64,000 nucleotides of DNA from Trypanosoma brucei (GCA_000002445.1 CP000071.1:448001-512000), one strand, 5' to 3'. Shown: positions 1-12,467, numbered from the stretch's first letter. Numbers and translations are program-made. The notes: generated from the letters alone by a model not told the origin.

Positions 1-3000
1 TTTGGATAGTTGAACGATCTGCTGTCACGATGGGACATTAGTTCACATGTAACGAACGTCCCAGGATAACGACAACAAACGTGGGTCCGTGAAAAAACGA
101 GTTTTATACTGAGCGAAAGAATGTGCGTACATATCATCAGCATGAAATTATGTCCGACTCTCGTACAACTGACTATTTGGATGCGCCGCGGTTATACATA
201 TCCTCATCGAAATTTCTAAAGGGAGAGAACGGCTGGATCAGTGGCATGAAAATATTTGCAGCTTGTAGTGGGACGGAATGGCAATACTTCGCCCACAATG
301 CTTGGCTTTGAAGGTCGTCATAACAACGGGAAACTGTTAGGAGAGCCTAGCTCAATCAAACCAATGTAAATTAAGGCGGTGTGCTGATACGCCTGCGCAG
401 CGTACGGCCTTCTGAATATATACTTTTTAATTTCACTGTGTGGACACTGAGCAACTCACCATAGACGACTAGTTTACTTCGAGTCGTGTTAGCATTATGA
501 GGCGCCCTTCATTCTCTAGCCAGGTTATGTGGAGCAAAAACAAAAGCAACTGGGGGAGAAGTATGAAGGCGAAGTTTGGTGCTAGAACAGTATCAAATAC
601 AGTCGCGACGTTTGCGTCGGTTGCGCGCCAAAAACAGAAATTATATCATGCTAATAAACACTACTTAGCGGAAACGTCAGTATGACAGCGTGTCGACGTT
701 CCCGATGCGCGGGTAGACGGGATCGCCGTCAGATCGATTCCAGAAGAATCCCATCATTTACGTTCGGGGAAACTAAGACTCTGTTGACATGACGGTACGG
801 GGAATTGTGCGAAAGGGTACTGAGTTTGCAGCGTCTTTCCTCTGTGAGAGCTGGGTTGCGTATTCACCCTCACGGCAGTGGTGAGGAATCAGAGCACCTA
901 ACAGAGTGACCACCCTACTTCAGATACCAATACTACAAAAAAAGAAAAAGCAGGTATGTGAGAAGTGTCGATAAGAGTAACTTCCATATTTTTGCTTGAA
1001 GTTGAACATTGCGTCACATATGCACTTCTGGGAAGAACCCATACCTTTGTGAACCAACACAAACCGTGAGCAGTACTTTCAGACGTGGTGGGTGCATCCC
1101 CGGCACTGTTTTCTATTGTACGCCGCACAATAAGTAGCACCCCACCGAGCTACCAAATGCAGAACTGCGGCGGATCATCACGGACGAAAACACCAAAACG
1201 GCGTATGAATTCGCATTGCCTGGGCCCAGTAAACGCTGCAACCCATGGAGTCCTTTGATTCTTCCTTTGGAAATGTATAGAGGGGTGGAAACACTTGTTG
1301 CAGCTCTACTGCCCGGTTTGGGGTACGCCTCTGGTGTGAAGAAATAAACGGGTCGGGTTGGGAGCTTTCCATAGCGCGGTAAAAAACCATGACAGCTTCG
1401 TGTTAGTCGCTGCTCTCAGTACCGTTTAGCACAAAAGCCCGCTGTGGTGACGAACGCCCTCCAGGGCCATATGCGCCAGCATATACATGTTGTACTAACT
1501 CTTCTCGCTTCTATTGTAGCGGACATACACCCCATCTAGATTGATTCCATGCTTGGAAGTTCCGTGCATCAGCACGCCTGCGGCGTAGTATGACCTCTCC
1601 CTCTGCGCATTTGAGGGCGAACAAAAAATAGTTACAAAGCGTCAATGCTGACGCTCCTGGGCAGTGACTTGGAGGGGCGTCACTTTGGTAAGGGGCCGGT
1701 CTGCTTCTGATGGCTCGTTGTACCGCTGACGGATATGTGATTGAACATATGGTGACCGTTCTGTCGAACTGTAGGGCTTCTGTTTCTGAAAGATGATACT
1801 TCATACCACGGCAACTCTCGGGGGATAGCTTCTTATTGAGCCGGCCTCTGGTGTGGAGAGTTACTCCCCTTTTTTTCTGTCTTGGTGACAGAAGTGCGGT
1901 GCGTCCACTGTGGCAGTTGTGCACTGTATCGTACCTGAGTCTGGATGGGTAGAGGAATGATGTGCGGGAGCGCTTTCTCTGTTGCTTATGTGCTCGGCTT
2001 CGTACTGCCTTTTGACTGGGAAAGTCGGTGTTTGGAGTGTGCTGCCGTACTTTGGACGGTGGGGATTCTACTGTCCCGCGGCTTAACAAAAAAAAAAATC
2101 GTACGGTGGCACAGTCCCTGCCCACTACGGTGGATTTATGCGGTCATTACAGGGCAAAGGGTTTCTGGTTTGGATGCAGCGTGTCGCCGCTGTGTGCGCG
2201 TCGCAAACCTACTAAACGTTGTCACTTCAGCGCTACACAACGCGTAAGCCAACGCACGCAGGAAACACTTCTCATCATCTCCACTGTGTTTCCGCGGTCC
2301 TTTGCTTACCTTAGAGGGCGTGTCACGGTAGAATTTGTTGATGTGGTTCGCAATCTAATGAACTTGTCAAAAATGCTTAGCGGGGGCTGTTTTAGGGTTT
2401 GAGACAGGGGGTCAGGTGCGGTTTTAAGTTCTGTATCGTATCTTAATCGGCGTGGCATCCCGCTCTGACCTCTGTTCCGCATCCATTTCATGCGTTTCGC
2501 CTCATCTTCTTTAGCGGCGCACGCCTCCCTGGTATTGTCATGCAGGTGCCTTATTCCGCCCTGTGCGTCCCCGCCCCAAAAACGGAGCATAGCGCTATTG
2601 GCGCCTCTCTTGAAATGGCTTATCGACTCTTCGAAGCTTCCACCCATGTGAACCTGTTATCTCTTGCAACAATGCGGGTGCGCACACCTCCCCTCAAACT
2701 CAGCAGCATACCTTCTGTGGTGGGTTTCCGGCTCCAAGTTATTTCCGCAGAGTATGTGTGTGTTTAGTTGCATCAAGTGCGCCTTGTGTCGTCGTTTTGC
2801 CGGGGCGATGGTGTCGACCATTCACCCCACGTCCAGCTGCAGTTTTCTTTGGAGACTCACTCTTCGGTACGCAGCACGAGTTACATGCAAACGGCGAACA
2901 GACACAGGCGCGTAGCGTTCGAACGCGAAGGGGATCACTCATGTCCACTGCGCCAGGACCTGTCCCCTACGTCTCGAGAAATGAGCAAAAATCGACGAAG

Positions 3001-6000
3001 AGAAAGGCTTTTTGTTTGTGGTGCTTTCCTGCGCGTACGAAGCTACTCACTTTGGGAAGCCCACGTAGTATGACAACGCTGTCTTTCCGGTGCCTAAACG
3101 TCGTCGCTCAAGTCCCCTGATGGACGTTACCATCGCAATGCTAAGTGTGGCTGGTATATCTTAGTTAACTCTTCCTTCGGATGAAACTGCAGCCAGCTCC
3201 TCTTTTCGCATCATATGCGCTTCACCCCACAATATCGCACCATGCCACCGGGGTTTCATGGGAGAAATGACGTGGAATGGCAGATTGGGTGAAGGGTCAG
3301 GAAGGCATGACTCTTTCTGTGGCGGCGTATAGTGTTGATGTTTGGAAAGTTCTGCATGATCAGTCGATATCCTATACCCAGGTGCTGTGGGCGCAACGAA
3401 TGCCAGGGGCGATGGAGAGTGGAAATATCAGTTTGTGTTCACCGCCGTGCTCTTCCTCTGAGAGAAGGTGCCACAAAGCGCAGATCATCAATACTTCAAC
3501 GAAGAGAAGATAAGCTCAGTTTGAAGCGGCCGCCGAGTGTCGGCCGAGTGGTGATATCAAAATATCCCCCTACCCCACACTCCCTGCTTTCTTGGTGATT
3601 TAGCTCCGCAGCCACTCCGCCGAAACCTAATTCCGGTGGAGCGGAACGTTGACAGTTTGCCTCCCGTACCCAAAGGACTGCGAGACCTGGACACAACACT
3701 GAGGCGATAGGCATCGCCAGGAGAAAAGGCATTTGTCTTAGTTATCACTGCGTTTGGTTGGGGAAAGGGCGTGTTCCCAGTGCGGTGCTACCCAAGGCAC
3801 TTTTGTAGAACGCTGCTCATCGTTTGCTGTGCTTATCAAACCCGCCCCCTTACAAGCGAATGCCCACCAATCGGAGCCAGGGGCTGCAGGATCTCAAACC
3901 ACGTCGGCCGAAAGGTGGGGAACGCATTTCAAGGGATCACGACGCCGTTCGCTTGGAGACTTGTAACAGCGGGGGTTCAATGCCAAAAAGTTGCTCAGCG
4001 ATGCCTTTCTTAACCGACCGGAACGTCACAGAACATGAAACAGCGGCAGCGGCGCGTAGTGGTTGGCGAATAATAATAACCCCACCCCATTTTTAACATC
4101 TTTAGCAGTCCTCTCTGGGGCTATGGCTGCCAGGCGCCAACGATTTCACTATGAAGAACGGTTGTGAGGCTCGAAGTTAGTGTTTGTGAGTGTTTGAACC
4201 TCTTCGGCACGCTTCCGCACCCGGGATGAGGCAGAATAACCAGTGTGCCCACGGTGACAAAATGGCGGGACGTCGGCACAAGAGGCGGTTAAGGGATGCC
4301 AAATCGCCTGTCAAAACTAGTCGTTTTTTTTAAACCAAGGGTGCATCTCACTGAGGCCGACCAAGTGGCAGTGACGAGCCCCTTTACGAAGGCGCATTTA
4401 CCACAATGGTCCCTAAAAGAGGGCGCTAGCACACCCAAATACCAGCACCACCGAACTATAAGGCATCGATCAAACACTTTTTTGGCTGGTGGGAGCTTCT
4501 TGCCATCGACAGCTACGCCCCAGCCCACAAAGGTTTTTAAGGTAAATCCAGAAACGTTGGAAACGGGTACATTGTGCGAAGTACACGAGGAGGTCGTGCA
4601 CGCAGCCGTCGCACCGCGAGAGTTAAGGGCCTCACCTACAGATGGAGGACGACAAAAACAAACTTGCGGGAACCGGCTTTCCCAGATCGTCACAGTACGC
4701 GGGGCACGGAAAGCGAGTGCGCCGGAATGTCGGATGATGTTCAACCAGTGACCTCTCATCCACTTTGTGGAGCCCATTTGTCAGCGGCTTTATTGCCCAA
4801 CCGACCACACAACACCAATCCAAGGGTGGCACCTCCTTGCCCACTTCCGAGATGAAGACTACCACTTATAACAACGACCCTTTCCCTAAACCACCCTTGG
4901 TTTCCCAACACACGCACCTCCGAGGACATAAGCTAGGAAAATACAACCACCAATGTGCCGCACCCGGCAATACCACGGCATACCTACAAATATTCCAAGA
5001 CCTTCTGCATATCTGAACGAATAGCTGCCAGGTTGGACGCCCCAAAGGGCGGAAGTGCATCACACCACGAGGCACGCAACCTCTCGACACCAGTGCTGAA
5101 AAGCACAACCCTGTTGCCGGCACTTGCAAACCAACTGGTGTCACCACAAGCACTTCGACGAGCTGGTTTAAAAAAATCCGGCCAGCCGTCCGACAACACC
5201 TTTAAACATGAAGGGGGACGTCATGCCGCATCCATCAGTTAGAACATTTAGACAAAACATTGGGTTATTTGTTAAAAATAGATCCACAACAGCATAGTTA
5301 AAGTATAAACAAAAGATCGCCAAATACAGATTTTGGAGGGAAAACTTCGCGATGCACAAACATCAGAAACAACAGAGCTCCACACACACTCTTCAAACCA
5401 CTTCACAGTCAGCGCACCAGCGTCACATCGCAACCGTCACCCCTCCAATTGGGCATAACCCCGCTACAAACAACAATAAATTACCAGCCGCACGCGTACA
5501 AGATAAAACAACGACAACGATCACATATCACGCACTTCGACCGATCCCCACAAATCCGAAAAAAAAAAAATTACCTAAGCATATTCATTTAAAAACATGC
5601 AACAAAGAAACAAGTAAAATAAAACAATCACACAAGAGATCGCCCAATAACAGAAAAAAACGAAAATAATAATTCGATAACATCATTTAAATATCAAAAC
5701 AAAAAGGAAAAATAAACAAATAATTCAAAAGAATAATATATATAACAATTCCGATGCACATCTATTATTCCATACAAAAGGGTAGGAAAGCAAGTTATGA
5801 AGTTTCCCTGCCTCCTTCCCCATTTTTCCCTCCTTCCTTGCTGTCGTGTTGTCAGCCCTGTGCGCAAAAATTACCGTTATTGTATATGAGATCGGCCATG
5901 GTGGTAGCAACTTTTTCTGGGAGTATGGTCAGTGTGTGTTTCCTCTTGTATTTGCTTGTGTTTATGCGTGTGTGTGTTTGTGCTGGTGCCGAAGGGAGAG

Positions 6001-6097
6001 AAGGGGAACTTTTAACGGCAACCAGACAGTGAAGAAACTTAGAAACGGACGATTGGCATAGATTTAACACAAGTTGAATGACGGCTGCAGCTCTAGG

Positions 6098-6103
6098 AAA
6101 AAA
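6098..6103 (-). terminator. Pol III oligo(T) terminator downstream of 5S gene (present in every unit)
   Basis: The plus strand 'ggaaaaaagttt' gives CCAAACTTTTTTCC on the 5S strand, 4-5 nt past the 3' end of the 5S gene. The same run recurs at +735/736 in each unit. Confidence 0.7.
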
Positions 6104-6108
6104 GTTTG

Positions 6109-6229
6109 GGAGAGTACAACACCCCGGGTTCCAGCGCCATCACTGATCGCCGTACTAACGAGGCCTGTGGCCGCTTAACTTCACAAATCGGACGGGATAT
6201 GGTGCATTCGGCCAAGTATGGTCGTACCC
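6109..6229 (-). rRNA. 5S: 5S ribosomal RNA gene (copy 1)
   Basis: The reverse complement of 6109-6229 reads GGGTACGACCATACTTGGCCGAATGCACCATATCCCGTCCGATTTGTGAAGTTAAGCGGCCACAGGCCTCGTTAGTACGGCGATCAGTGATGGCGCTGGAACCCGGGGTGTTGTACTCTCC. This is a canonical kinetoplastid-type 5S rRNA of about 120 nt. A T6 run follows on the same strand as a Pol III terminator. The 3' end is uncertain by a few nt. Confidence 0.93.
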
Positions 6230-6843
6230 GACGTCCGGTAAACCGAATGCGTGCATTTATTCCGATACCCGTCAAACTTGTTCATGAGGGATTTGAAGTG
6301 TAGGAGACGCGAAAAAAAAAAAAAGAAAAGAAGAAAAGCACCTTTCTTACCACTCCATACCATCCCCCCTCCAGTACCTACAGACACCATTTCCATCACA
6401 CTACACGACACTAAAAAGTGGAAGAAAACATAACTTTCCTCTGAGTCCGGAGGGGGGGGGGTTGGGGGCGGATGAAACAGCCGTTCCGATGCACATCTAT
6501 TATTCCATACAAAAGGGTAGGAAAGCAAGTTATGAAGTTTCCCTGCCTCCTTCCCCATTTTTCCCTCCTTCCTTGCTGTCGTGTTGTCAGCCCTGTGCGC
6601 AAAAATTACCGTTATTGTATATGAGATCGGCCATGGTGGTAGCAACTTTTTCTGGGAGTATGGTCAGTGTGTGTTTCCTCTTGTATTTGCTTGTGTTTAT
6701 GCGTGTGTGTGTTTGTGCTGGTGCCGAAGGGAGAGAAGGGGAACTTTTAACGGCAACCAGACAGTGAAGAAACTTAGAAACGGACGATTGGCATAGATTT
6801 AACACAAGTTGAATGACGGCTGCAGCTCTAGGAAAAAAGTTTG

Positions 6844-6964
6844 GGAGAGTACAACACCCCGGGTTCCAGCGCCATCACTGATCGCCGTACTAACGAGGCC
6901 TGTGGCCGCTTAACTTCACAAATCGGACGGGATATGGTGCATTCGGCCAAGTATGGTCGTACCC
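6844..6964 (-). rRNA. 5S: 5S ribosomal RNA gene (copy 2)
   Basis: Same sequence as copy 1, offset by 735 bp. Confidence 0.92.
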
Positions 6965-7579
6965 GACGTCCGGTAAACCGAATGCGTGCATTTATTCCGA
7001 TACCCGTCAAACTTGTTCATGAGGGATTTGAAGTGTAGGAGACGCGAAAAAAAAAAAAAAGAAAAGAAGAAAAGCACCTTTCTTACCACTCCATACCATC
7101 CCCCCTCCAGTACCTACAGACACCATTTCCATCACACTACACGACACTAAAAAGTGGAAGAAAACATAACTTTCCTCTGAGTCCGGAGGGGGGGGGGTTG
7201 GGGGCGGATGAAACAGCCGTTCCGATGCACATCTATTATTCCATACAAAAGGGTAGGAAAGCAAGTTATGAAGTTTCCCTGCCTCCTTCCCCATTTTTCC
7301 CTCCTTCCTTGCTGTCGTGTTGTCAGCCCTGTGCGCAAAAATTACCGTTATTGTATATGAGATCGGCCATGGTGGTAGCAACTTTTTCTGGGAGTATGGT
7401 CAGTGTGTGTTTCCTCTTGTATTTGCTTGTGTTTATGCGTGTGTGTGTTTGTGCTGGTGCCGAAGGGAGAGAAGGGGAACTTTTAACGGCAACCAGACAG
7501 TGAAGAAACTTAGAAACGGACGATTGGCATAGATTTAACACAAGTTGAATGACGGCTGCAGCTCTAGGAAAAAAGTTTG

Positions 7580-7700
7580 GGAGAGTACAACACCCCGGGT
7601 TCCAGCGCCATCACTGATCGCCGTACTAACGAGGCCTGTGGCCGCTTAACTTCACAAATCGGACGGGATATGGTGCATTCGGCCAAGTATGGTCGTACCC
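7580..7700 (-). rRNA. 5S: 5S ribosomal RNA gene (copy 3)
   Basis: Same sequence as copy 1, at a 736 bp period. Confidence 0.92.
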
Positions 7701-8315
7701 GACGTCCGGTAAACCGAATGCGTGCATTTATTCCGATACCCGTCAAACTTGTTCATGAGGGATTTGAAGTGTAGGAGACGCGAAAAAAAAAAAAAAGAAA
7801 AGAAGAAAAGCACCTTTCTTACCACTCCATACCATCCCCCCTCCAGTACCTACAGACACCATTTCCATCACACTACACGACACTAAAAAGTGGAAGAAAA
7901 CATAACTTTCCTCTGAGTCCGGAGGGGGGGGGGTTGGGGGCGGATGAAACAGCCGTTCCGATGCACATCTATTATTCCATACAAAAGGGTAGGAAAGCAA
8001 GTTATGAAGTTTCCCTGCCTCCTTCCCCATTTTTCCCTCCTTCCTTGCTGTCGTGTTGTCAGCCCTGTGCGCAAAAATTACCGTTATTGTATATGAGATC
8101 GGCCATGGTGGTAGCAACTTTTTCTGGGAGTATGGTCAGTGTGTGTTTCCTCTTGTATTTGCTTGTGTTTATGCGTGTGTGTGTTTGTGCTGGTGCCGAA
8201 GGGAGAGAAGGGGAACTTTTAACGGCAACCAGACAGTGAAGAAACTTAGAAACGGACGATTGGCATAGATTTAACACAAGTTGAATGACGGCTGCAGCTC
8301 TAGGAAAAAAGTTTG

Positions 8316-8436
8316 GGAGAGTACAACACCCCGGGTTCCAGCGCCATCACTGATCGCCGTACTAACGAGGCCTGTGGCCGCTTAACTTCACAAATCGGAC
8401 GGGATATGGTGCATTCGGCCAAGTATGGTCGTACCC
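8316..8436 (-). rRNA. 5S: 5S ribosomal RNA gene (copy 4)
   Basis: Same sequence as copy 1, at a 736 bp period. Confidence 0.92.
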
Positions 8437-9051
8437 GACGTCCGGTAAACCGAATGCGTGCATTTATTCCGATACCCGTCAAACTTGTTCATGAGGGATT
8501 TGAAGTGTAGGAGACGCGAAAAAAAAAAAAAGAAAAGAAGAAAAGCACCTTTCTTACCACTCCATACCATCCCCCCTCCAGTACCTACAGACACCATTTC
8601 CATCACACTACACGACACTAAAAAGTGGAAGAAAACATAACTTTCCTCTGAGTCCGGAGGGGGGGGGGGTTGGGGGCGGATGAAACAGCCGTTCCGATGC
8701 ACATCTATTATTCCATACAAAAGGGTAGGAAAGCAAGTTATGAAGTTTCCCTGCCTCCTTCCCCATTTTTCCCTCCTTCCTTGCTGTCGTGTTGTCAGCC
8801 CTGTGCGCAAAAATTACCGTTATTGTATATGAGATCGGCCATGGTGGTAGCAACTTTTTCTGGGAGTATGGTCAGTGTGTGTTTCCTCTTGTATTTGCTT
8901 GTGTTTATGCGTGTGTGTGTTTGTGCTGGTGCCGAAGGGAGAGAAGGGGAACTTTTAACGGCAACCAGACAGTGAAGAAACTTAGAAACGGACGATTGGC
9001 ATAGATTTAACACAAGTTGAATGACGGCTGCAGCTCTAGGAAAAAAGTTTG

Positions 9052-9172
9052 GGAGAGTACAACACCCCGGGTTCCAGCGCCATCACTGATCGCCGTACTA
9101 ACGAGGCCTGTGGCCGCTTAACTTCACAAATCGGACGGGATATGGTGCATTCGGCCAAGTATGGTCGTACCC
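9052..9172 (-). rRNA. 5S: 5S ribosomal RNA gene (copy 5)
   Basis: Same sequence as copy 1, at a 736 bp period. Confidence 0.92.
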
Positions 9173-9787
9173 GACGTCCGGTAAACCGAATGCGTGCATT
9201 TATTCCGATACCCGTCAAACTTGTTCATGAGGGATTTGAAGTGTAGGAGACGCGAAAAAAAAAAAAAGAAAAGAAGAAAAGCACCTTTCTTACCACTCCA
9301 TACCATCCCCCCTCCAGTACCTACAGACACCATTTCCATCACACTACACGACACTAAAAAGTGGAAGAAAACATAACTTTCCTCTGAGTCCGGAGGGGGG
9401 GGGGGTTGGGGGCGGATGAAACAGCCGTTCCGATGCACATCTATTATTCCATACAAAAGGGTAGGAAAGCAAGTTATGAAGTTTCCCTGCCTCCTTCCCC
9501 ATTTTTCCCTCCTTCCTTGCTGTCGTGTTGTCAGCCCTGTGCGCAAAAATTACCGTTATTGTATATGAGATCGGCCATGGTGGTAGCAACTTTTTCTGGG
9601 AGTATGGTCAGTGTGTGTTTCCTCTTGTATTTGCTTGTGTTTATGCGTGTGTGTGTTTGTGCTGGTGCCGAAGGGAGAGAAGGGGAACTTTTAACGGCAA
9701 CCAGACAGTGAAGAAACTTAGAAACGGACGATTGGCATAGATTTAACACAAGTTGAATGACGGCTGCAGCTCTAGGAAAAAAGTTTG

Positions 9788-9908
9788 GGAGAGTACAACA
9801 CCCCGGGTTCCAGCGCCATCACTGATCGCCGTACTAACGAGGCCTGTGGCCGCTTAACTTCACAAATCGGACGGGATATGGTGCATTCGGCCAAGTATGG
9901 TCGTACCC
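9788..9908 (-). rRNA. 5S: 5S ribosomal RNA gene (copy 6)
   Basis: Same sequence as copy 1, at a 736 bp period. Confidence 0.92.
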
Positions 9909-10523
9909 GACGTCCGGTAAACCGAATGCGTGCATTTATTCCGATACCCGTCAAACTTGTTCATGAGGGATTTGAAGTGTAGGAGACGCGAAAAAAAAAA
10001 AAAGAAAAGAAGAAAAGCACCTTTCTTACCACTCCATACCATCCCCCCTCCAGTACCTACAGACACCATTTCCATCACACTACACGACACTAAAAAGTGG
10101 AAGAAAACATAACTTTCCTCTGAGTCCGGAGGGGGGGGGGGTTGGGGGCGGATGAAACAGCCGTTCCGATGCACATCTATTATTCCATACAAAAGGGTAG
10201 GAAAGCAAGTTATGAAGTTTCCCTGCCTCCTTCCCCATTTTTCCCTCCTTCCTTGCTGTCGTGTTGTCAGCCCTGTGCGCAAAAATTACCGTTATTGTAT
10301 ATGAGATCGGCCATGGTGGTAGCAACTTTTTCTGGGAGTATGGTCAGTGTGTGTTTCCTCTTGTATTTGCTTGTGTTTATGCGTGTGTGTGTTTGTGCTG
10401 GTGCCGAAGGGAGAGAAGGGGAACTTTTAACGGCAACCAGACAGTGAAGAAACTTAGAAACGGACGATTGGCATAGATTTAACACAAGTTGAATGACGGC
10501 TGCAGCTCTAGGAAAAAAGTTTG

Positions 10524-10644
10524 GGAGAGTACAACACCCCGGGTTCCAGCGCCATCACTGATCGCCGTACTAACGAGGCCTGTGGCCGCTTAACTTCACA
10601 AATCGGACGGGATATGGTGCATTCGGCCAAGTATGGTCGTACCC
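10524..10644 (-). rRNA. 5S: 5S ribosomal RNA gene (copy 7)
   Basis: Same sequence as copy 1, at a 736 bp period. Confidence 0.92.
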
Positions 10645-11258
10645 GACGTCCGGTAAACCGAATGCGTGCATTTATTCCGATACCCGTCAAACTTGTTCAT
10701 GAGGGATTTGAAGTGTAGGAGACGCGAAAAAAAAAAAAAGAAAAGAAGAAAAGCACCTTTCTTACCACTCCATACCATCCCCCCTCCAGTACCTACAGAC
10801 ACCATTTCCATCACACTACACGACACTAAAAAGTGGAAGAAAACATAACTTTCCTCTGAGTCCGGAGGGGGGGGGGTTGGGGGCGGATGAAACAGCCGTT
10901 CCGATGCACATCTATTATTCCATACAAAAGGGTAGGAAAGCAAGTTATGAAGTTTCCCTGCCTCCTTCCCCATTTTTCCCTCCTTCCTTNCTGTCGTGTT
11001 GTCAGCCCTGTGCGCAAAAATTACCGTTATTGTATATGAGATCGGCCATGGTGGTAGCAACTTTTTCTGGGAGTATGGTCAGTGTGTGTTTCCTCTTGTA
11101 TTTGCTTGTGTTTATGCGTGTGTGTGTTTGTGCTGGTGCCGAAGGGAGAGAAGGGGAACTTTTAACGGCAACCAGACAGTGAAGAAACTTAGAAACGGAC
11201 GATTGGCATAGATTTAACACAAGTTGAATGACGGCTGCAGCTCTAGGAAAAAAGTTTG

Positions 11259-11379
11259 GGAGAGTACAACACCCCGGGTTCCAGCGCCATCACTGATCGC
11301 CGTACTAACGAGGCCTGTGGCCGCTTAACTTCACAAATCGGACGGGATATGGTGCATTCGGCCAAGTATGGTCGTACCC
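11259..11379 (-). rRNA. 5S: 5S ribosomal RNA gene (copy 8)
   Basis: Same sequence as copy 1, at a 735 bp period. Confidence 0.92.
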
Positions 11380-11987
11380 GACGTCCGGTAAACCGAATGC
11401 GTGCATTTATTCCGATACCCGTCAAACTTGTTCATGAGGGATTTGAAGTGTAGGAGACGCGAAAAAAAAAAAAAGAAAAGAAGAAAAGCACCTTTCTTAC
11501 CACTCCATACCATCCCCCCTCCAGTACATACAGACACCATTTCCATCACACTACACGACACTAAAAAGTGGAAGAAAACATAACTTTCCTCTGAGTCCGG
11601 AGGGGGGGGGTTGGGGGCGGATGAAACAGCCGTTCCGATGCACATCTATTATTCCATACAAAAGGGTAGGAAAGCAAGTTATGAAGTTTCCCTGCCTCCT
11701 TCCCCATTTTTCCCTCCTTCCTTGCTGTCGTGTTGTCAGCCCTGTGCGCAAAAATTACCGTTATTGTATATGAGATCGGCCATGGTGGTAGCAACTTTTT
11801 CTGGGAGTATGGTCAGTGTGTGTTTCCTCTTGTATTTGCTTGTGTTTATGCGTGTGTGTGTTTGTGCTGGTGCCGAAGGGAGAGAAGGGGAACTTTTNAC
11901 GGCAACCAGACAGTGAAGAAACTTAGAAACGGACGATTGGCATAGATTTAACACAAGTTGAATGACGGCTGCAGCTCTAGGAAAAAA

Positions 11988-12047
11988 NNNNNNNNNNNNN
12001 NNNNNNNNNNNNNNNNNNNNNNNNNNNNNNNNNNNNNNNNNNNNNNN
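11988..12047. other. Assembly gap (60 N) inside the 5S array; it replaces the position where a 9th 5S copy is expected
   Basis: A run of n characters. The expected next 5S copy (about 11994-12114) falls entirely in the gap. Isolated n bases occur at 10990 and 11898. Confidence 0.95.
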
Positions 12048-12408
12048 GTTCCGATGCACATCTATTATTCCATACAAAAGGGTAGGAAAGCAAGTTATGA
12101 AGTTTCCCTGCCTCCTTCCCCATTTTTCCCTCCTTCCTTGCTGTCGTGTTGTCAGCCCTGTGCGCAAAAATTACCGTTATTGTATATGAGATCGGCCATG
12201 GTGGTAGCAACTTTTTCTGGGAGTATGGTCAGTGTGTGTTTCCTCTTGTATTTGCTTGTGTTTATGCGTGTGTGTGTTTGTGCTGGTGCCGAAGGGAGAG
12301 AAGGGGAACTTTTAACGGCAACCAGACAGTGAAGAAACTTAGAAACGGACGATTGGCATAGATTTAACACAAGTTGAATGACGGCTGCAGCTCTAGGAAA
12401 AAAGTTTG

Positions 12409-12441
12409 GGAGAGTACAACACCCCGGGTTCCAGCGCCATC
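12409..12441 (-). pseudogene. Truncated 5S rRNA gene fragment (3'-terminal about 33 nt only) at the right edge of the array
   Basis: The sequence 'gggagagtacaacaccccgggttccagcgccatc' matches the 3' part of 5S (minus strand). It diverges at 12442 into unrelated sequence. Confidence 0.8.
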
Positions 12442-12467
12442 TCGCATAAAGACGGAAAGGGATTCTC

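Larger units (their letters stand above)
5749..12441. repeat. Tandem array of 5S rDNA repeat units (unit about 735-736 bp, about 9 units visible, interrupted by an assembly gap)
   Basis: Identical ORF-track entries recur every 735/736 bp, and the sequence blocks are visibly near-identical. Each unit contains one 5S rRNA gene on the minus strand. The array starts at 'ttccgatgcacatc' (5749) and ends inside a truncated 5S copy at 12441. Confidence 0.95.

Noticed and set aside
3950-4000. A tRNA-like 'gggggttcaatgcc' T-loop-like motif
   Set aside because: The surrounding sequence cannot be folded into a cloverleaf, and no acceptor or anticodon stems are apparent. I found no convincing tRNA genes anywhere in the window by eye.
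123-5669. Numerous 60-200 aa ORFs in the left flank (for example 1511..2125 minus 204 aa, 4289..4777 minus, 4296..4751 plus, 5352..5669 plus)
   Set aside because: They overlap, sit on mixed strands, are compositionally biased (the A/C-skew yields poly-T/K/Q/H peptides) and show no recognisable motifs. They are not called as genes.
5754-12361. Recurrent 60-154 aa ORFs inside the tandem repeat units (for example MGADETAVPMHIYY..., MLPPWPISYTITV..., MGEYNTPGSS..., MTGIGINARIRF...)
   Set aside because: They recur only because the DNA unit recurs, and several directly overlap the 5S rRNA gene on either strand. They are low complexity (poly-P, poly-F, poly-K from homopolymer tracts). I read them as repeat artefacts, not proteins.
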